The translations under genes were made by a program, and so were the position numbers. A stretch of 63,678 nt of DNA, filler included, from Phoronis australis (taxonomy: Eukaryota; Animalia; Phoronida), in NCBI GenBank assembly GCA_002633005.1. It is 8 parts of 8 records of this genome, joined end to end, with 100 filler letters (N's around TTAATTAATTAA, not from the genome) between each part and the next. Parts side by side here need not be neighbours in the genome. Positions count along the whole stretch, not along the records: positions 32,078 to 57,637 come from NMRA01000412.1; positions 57,738 to 60,241 come from NMRA01003646.1; positions 60,342 to 62,475 come from NMRA01001320.1; 5 more parts are not named here. One strand, given 5' to 3'. Below are positions 49,411 through 62,475 of the stretch, piece after piece (the first letter of the stretch is position 1; each line of letters opens with the position of its first letter). The notes below the pieces were generated by a model. That model searched no databases and was not told the origin of the DNA. It worked only from the letters and a program-made list of their open reading frames with translations.

Positions 49411-52400
49411 CAAAATCGAGTTATAGCCTACACAACTCCTTGCAGGTGCAAGGAAAGCGAGATTCATTGTACCAACTATAACCACAGCAGGAATCCGAGC
49501 CAATCCGCTTGCTACCGATGCTTCTAACGCAAATAACTGCAGTCAAATTCACAAACTAATAATTATGTACATCTCAGAAATCAAGCTCTCCCGGGTTATT
49601 GCTTCGCCGTCAGGTGGTGCTCTCTGGCGGTCGCTGTTCCTGTATAGTACGTCTTTAGGCGACAAGACCATCAGTTCGTGAGTTAGCTCAAGGAAGGAAA
49701 CCAATTATTAAAAGCTGGCATGGTCTCGTGGTATTTTTTTCATGTTATAAATTTACAACTAGCATAATGTCAGGTTTTACGTCAAAAACCCGCTTGAGGA
49801 AGCCTGACCGGATCTAAATAAGATAATACATTGAAGTGATCACGTACAAAAAACTAAACGCGCACGTATTGTCGACTGGTACTAATGAAAATGGTGTTCT
49901 TCCTAGTTTGCAGCCATTAATAGTTCCATAGGCTTCTCTAAAGAGTCCGTTGGTCATCCCCACATCTGCATGCAGTCACCAATATTGACTAAGATTTATG
50001 TCCCCTGACTAGTCGCCTTCCTGCACCTGTACGCCGGCCAACCAATCCGTGACAATGCCTCAACTGAGAAAATCTCTGAGACATAACGGGAGGGAAAAAA
50101 TACATTATCAACAAGAAAATAATGTTAAAATCCATGACATAACAGAAAATTAACCACAAATTAATTGCAACAGCTCATGTGGGGTTTATGATCAAGTTGT
50201 TTTTACGTCATTTCTCACAATTACAAAACACAACTTTTAGTATTTATATTGCAAAACTGCCATTGCCGATATGAGCTAAAACAGATATATGAAGGGTCCA
50301 ATGTCGTCAAGTCACAGACAAACATTAGAAATCTTGAACTTGACGACGATGAAAATAATTAGCCTATTATCTCTATTCTTTCTTCATCACTTTCATGTCA
50401 GTGCGCTAGCCACTTAGCAAGACCGGCCGGGTTTTAGGCGACCGTGGGCAATAATACCACAATGTGAACCTCGGTTTGTCTATCATTACAAAAAGATTTG
50501 CGAATCAGCTTCTATTTCAAACCTACAATTAATTCTCATTTGCCAAAGACAAGAATGAAGTACTGTCTACACAAACCGAAAGATTTTTATGTACAACACA
50601 ATTTACACTTTGACGCAGCGCCACCTGTACTGAAAATTACCCAATGAGTTATTTTTATCTCATTGAAATTACCTTTCGTTGCACTGTGAAAGAGTGTAGT
50701 TTACAGCTTTGTCCCTGTAGGCAGTACCGGCAGGTCAAAGGTGGTAAACGAGACTTCCTATTCAGCCATACTCTCTTTCAATGAACAAATCGTGCAAAAT
50801 TTTAGATTTGTCTTAAGTGCCTGATTAACCATGACAAGTTGATTAGGGACGTTCATCACGTTCATACAGCTAGAGGCTATTTAAAATTTGTGGTGCCCGG
50901 ATGATGGGCCATCCATTAGTGTAAAATGCTGCAGCTTAGTAGGGCCTCGCACAAAACAGGTGCCTCGTCTCGTCGTCACAAAGGATGTCTCAGACGGAAG
51001 TCGTTGGATAGTGACAATCAGGCGCAATGACAATTGAGACACGGTTTTGTTGCTGCTGGGGCCCCTCAGACTAGTGGTGACATAGGAAGGGGCAGTCGTA
51101 GCTAAAGGGTAATTGTAATTGCCAAAGGTCCCTACTAAGTCCGGATATTGCCACAGCTTCGAATGTTTAGGCTAATGGAGCATATACTACAGAGAAGATA
51201 CAAAAATGTCCGTTTACTTGTAGGAAGTGTTCATCAAAGCTGAACGTAACTTCACGATTAAGAAAAACCTCGATGAACGTTATGGAAAATCCTTGGCCAG
51301 TTTCAAGCAATTTTATCAAAACTTTAATACAGGAAGTTTGATAAATGCTTTTGAAATGACTATCAACGTACATTTCAAAAAACGACATTTCCACCAGAAT
51401 GACTTGAATAGATTTGTCTCGACTAATAGCTTCCGACATTTTATACTTTTATTGACAGTCGATTTTTACTTAGATATTTCAAAAAGGCAACGTTTCAATT
51501 ATATTGATTGTGAAAATGTAGTTTCTGCTAACTCCTGCAAAAACTGGTCATCTCTTAGAATTAGAAGTTTATTTGTAGTTCGAAATAAATAGATGCATGT
51601 AAATTAAGCATGTAAAAAATTTAAAATATAATCATATCTGTTAAAAATCCATTGTATTTCGATGACATCCAGCGAACACCGGCCGGCAGAATTAGGATTT
51701 TGGAAAAACTGCTTTGTTGCAACTAAACTCTAGGAACATTTCAGACAAAAGAATCGTATTCATCTTATACTGAAGCAAAGAAGATAGATTGGGAACTCTA
51801 CGAAAATAATTGTTTGCGATGTCTTGTCAAATAAAAATTAAAAAGGGTTCATGTGATAAAACAAATCCTACAGGATTTTGACGAAAATTCCAAGCGGTTT
51901 TGCCCATGTCTCAAGCCTGAGACTCGCGCAGGATTCTCCGAAACACTAATTTTGCACTGTCTTTTGTTTCAGGGTGATAGTTTTTGGACACGTTCATTGT
52001 TTCATTTTGTCTGTGCAGATCTAATTACTGCTCGCATCGATTTTATAGTTGAACATCAATATGATCTGTTATGGAATTTTACTCACCATTGAAGAGTCAG
52101 GGCTGCTACTAGTGGATTTTACGAACATGCCACACATCTAAGAGAATTTTAAATGTTTTCGCTGACAATTTGGCAAAGGAGCGTTCGCTGCTGTATGTAC
52201 CTCTACCTGGCTTGTTGTTCTGTCGCTGCCGTGGTGATATCATCCACAACTTTCTCACCTCCATTTCAAGGAGAGGCTACAGGTAATGAGTTGCTGATAA
52301 TTTCCAAGAAGCTAAGAAAACGAATTGTATGAGTGGAGAAGGAAATGTCTGAAAACATCGTTTTCTTACGTAAGAAAAAGAGCTTTAATTTGAAATGTTA

Positions 52401-53057
52401 AACGTGTAATGTTCCTATTCCAGGGCCGCAACACTAAATTCCAGCTTCCTTGAAACCAACAGATACCATCTGTGACCCACGCTGCGTACAAATTCAGTCA
52501 CCCAGCCAATCAGTCTCCTTTTTTTCAGTCTCATTATTTGCAGTATGATTGAAATTCTAACACGCACACAAATTTGAGATTATGGAAAAACCTGAGGTAT
52601 TTCGGATGAGTGATCAGGCCCGTAGCCAGCCATTTCCTGGGGGGTGGTTCGAATTCCTGGAACGGTGGACCTTTGATATTTTGCAAACGTCGACACTGTA
52701 GAGTTTTCGGTTAGGCAATGGACGCAGCTTAATTAGGGTGAAAGGAAATCTGTATACACAACAAAATGTCTCACCTCTATGTTCCTGAGATGAGATGGAA
52801 TTCGTAATACCACAGATAAAGATGCCGTGACGGTTGTTCCCAAAGAACGGGACACAAATTCGGATAAAATGTGGTCCATGCAGGAAGAAAACGTTCTCAC
52901 GTTACCTCCTGAAAAATTTTCAAATCAGGCGTGCTTAAATGAGTGGTTACGCCTCCTTACATTCTCGGACGGAAATATTTAGTTGCAGAGTGACTGGACG
53001 AAATTTTTTATCTGGTTGTAGTTTTGCGTGTTGCTTAAGTTGCTTACATCGCTGGAA

Positions 53058-53180
53058 ATGGGAACAGTCAACTATTCCGAAGGTTCAATATTCCTATGGT
53101 TCACTATTGCGAAGGTTCACAACTTCAAAGGTTCACTGCTTCGAAGGTTCACTACTTCGGAAATATATAAAATTTCGGAA
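53058..53180 (+). repeat. 16-bp tandem repeat (actattccgaaggttc-type), terminus of the composite element family
   Basis: About 6 degenerate copies after ggaacagtca; homologous to the reverse complement of 36290-36360. Confidence 0.7.
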
Positions 53181-54823
53181 TCAGGTGTAATTGTTATACT
53201 TTTAAATGCAAAAATAAACGATTGGTCAGTTATCAAATGCACAGAGTTGTATACCTATACCGAAAAAAACGCTCTGGTACTAAAACATTTTGTGTGGATA
53301 TCATGCGCATGCGAAATTGCCGTACGAATACGGAAAAATGAGTACGTATTTACATTTTTAAAAGAATACGAAGTAGGAATATTGATGAATTATCAGTCAC
53401 GATACATTCATCAAATTCATGCCAATATCACATCATTTCACAGCGCGACTGGAAAATTTATGGCCGCTGCGCCTCAGGCTCACCCGTCGGAATCACGCGC
53501 ACGGACAGGTCGAAACTAAATCAGAGTAGTTAGTAGGCTACCCTGTCCTTGCCAGTCTTCATGAAGTCCCTTTCAATCTTCTTCAAATTGAAAACCGCCT
53601 TTGATCGCCGCAGTCCTGATCTTGAGAACGAATCGTTAGTCAGATTCAAGAATCACGATTGATGATAATTGTATCTGGACTCATTTGTAAAAATTGTAAT
53701 CAATGTTTTAAGAAGTATTTAACTCCTACACTCACTTTACGGTCATTTCCTGAAGATTTTTTGGAAAGATATGATCCCGAAATCCATGGCCTATAGAGCT
53801 GTATCAAAATTCCTTGTTGAAACACGGCCACTGATTAATTATCTCAATCAGTGTTTCTGGAATCTACGCATGCGTACTTTGCCATTTTTGTAATCATATG
53901 ATTACATGTGAGTTAGCAATGGACAACTTGTTCAAACCCTGATTTAATGTCTTCTTTGGAGTAGTCCATTTTATGGGCATTTTTATCGTTATTGCATTTG
54001 ATTATTTGAAAAATTATTGTTATTACCCGTGGCATTATTGACTCATGAGATTTAACATCTTCATGACTGTTTGTGGCATTCTGTACGATTTCGGATTTGT
54101 GTTATATCTTGATGATAATTACGATTTCATTCTCATATGATATGTGACTTGCAATTGACTGCTCATTCAATACCCTGATTTACATACCCGGCGATACTAA
54201 TTCACAAAAGTTAATGCTTTATGCTATAAAAGTGTCAACATTTCAGACCTAGTCAAAACACATATTTCTTTGGGAATCAACAGTTATACGTTATTTCCAA
54301 AACCTCAGACATTTATTTTTTCTCATGATCACAGTTCTTATAACATAACTTTGATTCTCTTAACGAAAGTTTTCCCACTTTCTTCAATTTCTTTTTTTTT
54401 CGATATTACGTCTTTATTCTGATTACAAGATCTGGGCTCAGAATCTAATCTTTGTACTAGAAACGAACTCGAAATCATTTTTGGGAATTTCTCTGCTACT
54501 TTAGAGCGAACTCAAGATAAGCGGTTATTAGACTGTGCTCGAATACATTATAGTTTACGCATATGAGTTTCTACAAGTTCATAAGTCATTTTAGACCGGG
54601 ATCGCAGAGCCTTTTTTGGGAATGAAAAGGTGGCCAGTGTCCTTGGTGCCAAAGTGGTCTATGTGTATCCTCATTCTTGGAAATGGCCGTCTGACAAGTA
54701 CGCTCTACTGGGTGTGGTCAGGGGAGCCAGAGAAGGTACAAGGCAGTGTTTTCAGTCAGCCAAGAAAACAACCAAGTGACACCTGGCTCAATGTATAATT
54801 AAATTCCCTCTAAATAAATGGAT

Positions 54824-54905
54824 GACTCCATGGTGTAGTGGTTAAGGTGGTGGACTCAAAATATCTGTAGTTACAGAAGTCGTCGGTTCAAATCCTTCCT
54901 CTGAC
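54824..54905 (+). mobile_element. tRNA-derived SINE head or tRNA pseudogene
   Basis: A box tggtgtagtgg (54831) and B box ggttcaaatcc (54885); no intact acceptor stem. Confidence 0.45.
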
Positions 54906-55284
54906 AATATATAGTCAAAAAATAACACCAGGATGAGTGTGTCACATATTCGTGCCACATATCCGTGCTCGTTCTTCTAAGAACGCAGGAACACCTGACG
55001 GTGGTCGAAGAATAGACCGACTGAAACGTCGTGACAAATATGTAAATAGACAAGTGGTCGCTGTAAATAGACCAAGAGATTTTAATAATAGTTGTAACGC
55101 GACACCACCTCAGAGCGGTTTTAGAAATTCATTACTTATAAGTTTATAAACTTTTTGATAAATGCTGGATTTAGATCATCTTTCACTTACAACCAGACTT
55201 CGTAATTGATCAACAAATAAAACATTACACTTTTTACCAAGTTAATGCGTAGATTGCAGCTAATTCTCAAAATGTTCTAGGTGC

Positions 55285-56545
55285 AGACTCCCCCAATTTT
55301 CCAAATTTGATCCCCAGTTGTGACTTCACTAGGGCTCACCATAAATGGCGACTTAAGTTTTTCGAGTCAGTAAGTAAAGGGCTATTCAACTCTCAAAGAA
55401 GCTTTGAAGTCGGGATTCAATTTTTTTGGTGCGAAAATGTCTAAAAATGACGTTTTTCAACTTTGATCTTTCCGCGGCTGACCTCGCCTAGCGCAGGATG
55501 AGGGTTAATGATCTCAACGAACTCAAACTTGGTGGGTTTTAGTTTCTCAACATTCTATGTCAATATGAAAAAGAATTTTTGGAACTGGAGATAAAAAAAA
55601 ATTTCGGCCCCCAAAAAACCATGGACTGTAGGCTTTGTTTTTTTCGGTCGAAAATCTTTTTGCCTTTGATTTTAAAGTTTCAGTATTTGTTTAAAAGGCC
55701 GGTCTTTCAAATGGTCATCTTTCATGTTTCAGCTTGATCGGCCCACTATATCGGGTCAAAATCACCCACCAAGGTGTCCCACCCAATGGTCCTTTTTGAG
55801 TCCAAAATTATTTTTTGTTCTCTATTTCAAAAATTCTTTGTGCAACTGATAGCCCCTTGTCTCTCCTCTCTAGAAATGTAATTATCGTACTTTTTCCGGC
55901 CTTTGTAAGTGCCCAGGAGGGGCCCCAAATGGACCTTCCCCCTTCAAAATATCAGAAAAGTTGTGTCAAAATTAGCCATTATAGTTTGGGATATCGTATC
56001 TTCATGACCAATGGCCTGAAGACTACCGAACCGAGACATTTTGAAGCATGGTAAAGTACAAGTTTTTAAACGCGTCTTATATGTAGGTCCATCTCTCATT
56101 CGAGGTCATACTTTGAGGTCAAAGTCACAGACTCACCCCACTCTTTCAACTTTGATCCCCAGCTATGACCTTATTAGGGCTCACCAGAAATGGCGACTTA
56201 TGTTTATGGAGTGAGTAAGTAAAGGGCTATCCAACAATGAAAGAATTTTTGAAATCGGGGTCAAAAACTTTTCAAGCCAGAAAAGGTCTGAGAATGACGT
56301 TTTTCAACTTTGATCTTGCCGCGTGACCTTATTAAGGATCCGATCGAATTCAAACTTGGTGGGCTTTAGCGGTTTGTCAACATTCTGCGTCAATCTGAAA
56401 AAGAATTTTTGAAATTGGAGACAGAAAAATTTTGTCCCCACAAAAACAAGGGTTTTTTCGGTTGAAAAACTTGTCTTCGATTTTAAAGTTTCTGTTTTTA
56501 TTTGAAAGGCCAATCTTCCAAATGGTCAGCTCCCAAGTTTCAGCT
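55285..56545 (-). repeat. Diverged reverse-orientation copies of the 670-bp macrosatellite unit
   Basis: gggctcacca..aatggcgactta, gaactcaaacttggtggg and tttcggcccccaaaaaacc match the reverse complement of 33760-34430; about 1.5-2 copies. Confidence 0.8.
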
Positions 56546-56820
56546 TGCCGCGGAATGAGAGGCAAATTGACTGAGCAGGAGTTTACAGAAAAGGTAATTG
56601 TCATGGAGAAATCTCGATGGACGCCAAATACCGAAAAGCATTTCTGATTAGTTGTAGCTGTGGAGGAAGATGGAGGCCACACTGAGCATAGAATGAACTA
56701 ACAACTTCGCTTTGACAATTCGTTTTGACCTGGTGTTTTTAGTTCGATAGTTCTCGCACAATTGAACACAGATCTCTTCGATGTGTTGTACAATTGTTGA
56801 CAATATCCTAAGGTTCATAT

Positions 56821-57059
56821 CAGAGGCGGATCTACAGGGGGGGTTCAGGGGGTTTAAACCCCCCCTTCGGGACAGGATCAAAAATAAAAACTAGAAAAAA
56901 ATCGCCAGAAAAACGAAATTAGCTACTAAAAATCTCAAAAAATCTTACACGGGAGGAGGGAAACCCTCTCGCGACCTTCCTTCTCCTCGGCGCTACGCGC
57001 CTCGGATTCTTTCGAATCCTAAACCCCCCCCCCTTACTGAAATCGTAGATCTGCCACTG
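56821..57059. mobile_element. 239-bp hAT-like MITE with 5-bp TSD, same family as 11420-13218 (inverted)
   Basis: TIRs cagaggcggatctac and gtagatctgccactg; CATAT duplicated at 56816-56820 and 57060-57064. Both subterminal regions match the 11420-13218 element. Confidence 0.85.
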
Positions 57060-60000
57060 CATATGTTGTACAATTGTTGATGATATCCTGAGGTTCATCT
57101 GTAAGAAACTTGAAAAATCAATTTCTCTGCTGCTGGGAAATTACGTGTGAAAAAAGAGGCTCACTTTTTGGGTCACGTGATATATTCGCACTGTTTCACA
57201 TCCTGTGGTGGGCACTTAACGGAATGATTTATCATTCTCCTTAGTGCGCTGGAAAACAGTTCTTTTGAACTGTGGGTTGCCGACGCAAGAGTTCGATGAA
57301 AAAGTAAATGGTATAGCAACAATGACGTCGCATTATCACGCGTCACGTTGTTATTGTTGGACAATGCACCTGACGTTATTCAACAATCAAACTTATCCAG
57401 CGAGTAATTTTGAAGTTTTATGCATCCCACCCCTGATCAGTGTACTGCTGAAGTATTCTGTGCGAGCTCAGCAGTCCTTTTGCGTTAGGGTCCATACTGT
57501 AGCCGGAGAGATGAATTAACTTCCTACATCGATTTGAATGCCTTTACTTTAATCACATGACCTATGTTGGAGCAAAACAAACAGGTTCGGGGGGCTTTAC
57601 TCTTTATTTACATAATATGTTGCGGTAGTAGGAGGCGNNNNNNNNNNNNNNNNNNNNNNNNNNNNNNNNNNNNNNNNNNNNTTAATTAATTAANNNNNNN
57701 NNNNNNNNNNNNNNNNNNNNNNNNNNNNNNNNNNNNNTTTACTGAAGACTTTTTCTGCATAGATTTCCTTAGCAATCCAATGTATTTTTTTAGGGACTCT
57801 TCTTTAGCACGGGATAATGGAGTCATCCGTCTCTTTGTTTCTTCCGAAATTGCAGTTGTTGTCAATTGCAGCTACTGGAGGCGATACAATGACGGCGCTC
57901 ATGACTGCACTTTTCTATTATTTCTGATTTGTTTCAAGGGGCCACTTGCGAAAAGGGGTCCTCGACTGCCTCCCTTTTCCTGTTGCTATTGAAAGCGTAA
58001 AACCTGTTTTAAGTGAATGAAGGTGACTGGATGACGTAGTCACGGGGCTGGTTCCTCTTCTCGGAGGGACAGTCCGAGGCAATATGTCGGTTTGCCCCCC
58101 ATAAATCCGCCCCTGCCATAGAGCTTTATGTAGAGCAGCCCGTGAAAGTGACCAAAGGGGTCGTTGGTGAAAATATTGTCAGAGGTTATATGAAATCGAC
58201 GGGGATGTAGGAAGATTTAGGGATGTCGACTGGGGATGGAGACGGTATAAACTATTGTCCATATCGGGGAGAAACAGGTTAGTGAGGGATAGATTGGGAA
58301 CGGAAACCAAGGGGAGGCTGGCTGCGCTTACATTTGTTCGCCCTCTAAACCCTCCCACGCGTATGGTTTATAAACATTGATAGTAAGGCCACGTATTACA
58401 GAAGTTTGGAATGACAACGGAGGTTGCCTCCCTAGAGAAAACACTATGATTTACATGTTCGTAATCCACAGGGTAAACAGCTTAATAAATCAATGTTATG
58501 ATATTGATCAGAAGGTGGGATGACAACGTTGAAGTGTGATCTGACTCCAAGTGAGTTGCCACTTAATGTGTTGAAATAAAAATAACAAAGCCATCGACTA
58601 CTCAATGAGGGGGTTCATGTTTTTTGTTGTGAAAATACAGAATAGAGGTGCTTTCAAGAGAATGTGCTGACGCCATTAATTATGCAAGAAGATGCTTAGG
58701 AACCCAATTCATCTTGAGAAAATAGACGCGACCTGGCGGAGACCACGTTTTTGTTTCGACGTGCTACTCTTTTCAAGACCTGGCTTATGTGTTCATTTTT
58801 TTCATTTGTATGTAGACGCACGCTGAGTTTGGTTCCATCATCGTCGTGCGCGTATGCGTCGTCGTACTGGTACTCGTCGTCATCACGGGAAATTCGATTT
58901 TTGTCATAAAGCCGTTGGCATGTCAATTGACGTTGTAACTAATACAATAAACTAGATTTATCTATTGTAGTTAATGAACACCACATGTTCTATTTACGAG
59001 TTAATTGCAATGAAACTAGTTCACCACCCGATTTAGAAAAGATTAATATAGTGGTAGACCGTAGTTGATGAATCACACATAGAGAGCGTTCCATGAGCCT
59101 AGTTTCTCGTGCGAGAAACAAGATCTCGAAAGATCACGCCACGTAAATGCGAGTGTTTCGGGAGTATACTCGGAAGCTTCCTAGCCTGCCCTTGCAAAAT
59201 GGCGGCCACTAAGTGTGGAGTGTTGGATTATGGGACTGACATATGTGTAGATGTTTTGCCGCGAGTGCAACCTAATGCGTTGCAATCTATGAAACTAAAC
59301 AACGAATGCATTAAATTCTGGTAACCGTGGCGGCTTTCCTAAAACGGACCATATCAGTTCTGTGATCCATGCTTCCACAATCTCAGTGTGGCCATAATAC
59401 TCAATCCTCAGGCCCATTTTATACTGTAGGTTCGTTGTTTTAGGTTTTAGAAATGCGTTGGTTTTAATTAAGTGTTTCGTACAAAGGCACGTGCACCTCA
59501 ATTTGAATAACGGACTTAGATTTAGTATAGACTGTGCGCATGTAAAACTTTTCTGATGACGGCGCACAGACCTNTTAGTGACGAGTTGAATTTGGTGTTG
59601 TCTTTTTGGATCAAGTTTGAATACAAACTCTGAAAAAGTTATCATTAGAGTCCGTACTAAGACCATTTAAGATTTGGGATTATTACAAAAAGATATGCTA
59701 TGAGTGAATTAGCCGAGTACTATTTGTTCTCTTGATCATAAGGTTGATCAGCGCTTATGTGTGATTGACCGACACTTCGCCTTTGATGGTAAGTATTGCA
59801 TGTGTTGTCGAGTTAATCCTCGTTTATGTTTTGAGCAACTAGTCATCTACCGATAGGACATTTGAGGTCACATTCAATCCCTTTAGCAAATGTAAAAAGC
59901 GACACCTCATTTGATTAGTATCAGATTACGATAATTCGAACCTTAATAAAACGTAAGAGGAAATTCGTTTGAATTGATCCTATGGTAGTGCTTGCTATTT

Positions 60001-61756
60001 TAGTCTGCTTTTGAAGCGGTGTTGGCAAGTACGAGTAGATTTGCAAAAAAAATCTCTCCTGCTTAACCATAAGTATTCCGATGACCACGTTTCTTGCGAG
60101 ATCACGCAAAATCACACGACTGAAGTATGGTCGAGACCTCAGTAACTTATCCTATGAGCTTAATGGCGGCCACTGAAATGGTTAGTCGGTGAGGTTGGAA
60201 CGTACGTTGCATTATGGGAGTGAATTCAAAGCTATCGTTTTNNNNNNNNNNNNNNNNNNNNNNNNNNNNNNNNNNNNNNNNNNNNTTAATTAATTAANNN
60301 NNNNNNNNNNNNNNNNNNNNNNNNNNNNNNNNNNNNNNNNNGGGGCTGGGGGCTATAGCCCTTTTATTTTCAGTGCTGTACCCCCTATGGTCTATGGGCG
60401 GTTCACCACAGAGAGGCTATGGGTTATAGACCCACTTTTTCAGCGTTGCGACACCTGTTTTTCCTTGGCATTGTCCGATGATACTCTAAGTTGATAATTT
60501 CCGGAAAGTGACGGGAAAATAAGAAGATTTTACTCCAGAGAAACCTCTTGCTCAGGGGTATCATTGAGTTTCATGCCCAGGTGATTACTGCAACGGGTCC
60601 AACAGCGTGTCTTATGAACGCCTGGTGCACAACATGTACCAAACCACCCGCTTAGATCTTACGTTTGCCCTAAATACACTGTACACAGTTTTAGATAAAT
60701 GAACGTTACTATAAGTGAGCGTGTTGGCTTCGTGTCTACTCCATTACAGTGCCTACCAGTATGGTACTTCGGCTGACGGTCGTCGGCGTACATGACAATA
60801 CCGTGGGGTTTGTATGTAGTTGAAAGTAAGAAGCCCGTCCTATCTCGAAGTCGCCAAAATATGATCCGTGGGCTGAACCTGACGGATGACCTATAGTCCG
60901 CGATGAACACGTAGCCCTGAAAGTTATCATCTTGTTAGCTACCCAGCAGTTTTCCAGTGTTTTAACACTAAGATCTTGCATTATTTGTTACTTAATACAA
61001 TTTTATCAGATGTTTCTTATTTCTAAATTGCACACAATCATTTAACATGGCTAATATAAATGTCTCATGGTTTTTGATGTCAGAAACGGAAATTCATGAT
61101 CGTCACTGAGTTGATAAAGGGTCACAACACAAGGCCTAGCAAAAATAAGTCCAAAGATTTTTCCCAAAAAGGAACGAATGCCAATCTTTTTCAAGGTCTA
61201 GTAGCTCTAGAGCATACATGCAGATTGCAGAAATTTCCAGGTTCGTGCACACGATGGGGGCAGACATTGTTTCGGGCTTGTTAGTTTATTTCACGAGACT
61301 GCATGACTTTGCAGCTCTAGGTAAAGTACACGAAAATACATTAAAAATATATGACGACTGGAAGGATGCCAAAATTTTTGTCAAACTAATTTTCCCTCAT
61401 GGCTGAATGTATAGGAAGCTATTATGGTGGCTAAGCTATTTTTAACTACACTTTCGCCACCAAAATATCTATTACCAACCAAAAAAAATCAATCGTTATG
61501 ATAGAGAAATAGTATAGTGGTTACTTCTGTGCTGTACTCTGTATCAGCATAATCCCTACCATTGAGGATGTGGTTTTTATGGCCACCAATGGTATGTCTT
61601 TCTTGATACACGAGTGCCAAACTTTGTTTCACAAAATTTATGTTAGAAAAGGATGCATGGAAAGCATTCATTACAGGAACATTAAATTTGAGATTTGGCA
61701 CTGAACACAGCTAGTTGCGCAGCTCCAAAAAAGTCATGGAGGACTTGATCTGCCAC

Positions 61757-62475
61757 TGTCAGAATATAGTCTAACAGTATTATTAGTTGTATTGTTTTGT
61801 TTTGTTATTCAGTTTGATTTGCATGACCCCTGAGTTAAGTACAATGATGATGTAATTTGTTTACTACAGAATAGTATGGAACTTTCTAGAAGACTGAGGT
61901 CAGAACAGTGATGATGTAATTTGTTTACTACAGTATATCGTGGAACTTTCTAGAAGACTGTAGCATGACAGTGATTGATGAAGCCTGGAATATTCTAGAG
62001 ACTAGTATATGTTTGTAGAATGATTGGGTAGGTTCCAGAAATTTCTGGTATGTGCTTGAATTGATGAAAAGTTCCAGAACAATGCGTTAGTCTATAAATA
62101 CACAAGCACGGGTTTGTGTTAGTCAGATTAGATCGAGTTGAGTTAGAGATTAGTGACTTGAGTCCAAGAAGATTAAGTGAGTTGAGTCTAAGAAGATCAA
62201 GTCGGGAGATCAAGTGAGATCAAGTAAGTTCAAGTAAGGAGAACTACAGTTGAGTTGCAGTGAAGAGAAGCAGCAGTTACAGCGATAGTCAATAGAGAGC
62301 CAGCTATAGTGAAAGCAGGTTATTGAATCGAGTGTAACAGTTGCTGGAAGTATCTCAGAAGTTCATCACAAGTCAAGGCTTCGCAGCACTGGCTGGAGCA
62401 TAAACAGACATTACGTCGGACGTTTTGTTTGAGTAGGCTTGTGAACGTACGGTCGGGATTAATAAAGGATTAACT
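61757..62475 (+). mobile_element. LTR-like segment with heat-shock elements, TATA box and polyA signal (3' end lost in gap)
   Basis: 64-bp direct repeat (61845/61909), several nGAAnnTTCnnGAAn arrays, TATAAATA at 62093, a purine-rich stretch, and AATAAA at 62461. Confidence 0.55.

Noticed and set aside
54595-54820. Possible RTE-type LINE 3' remnant (KYALLGVVRGAR...PRK)
   Set aside because: Similarity is too degenerate to support without a database search.
54824-54905. Functional tRNA gene
   Set aside because: A and B boxes are present, but there is no pairing acceptor stem or clean anticodon arm; treated as SINE-like.
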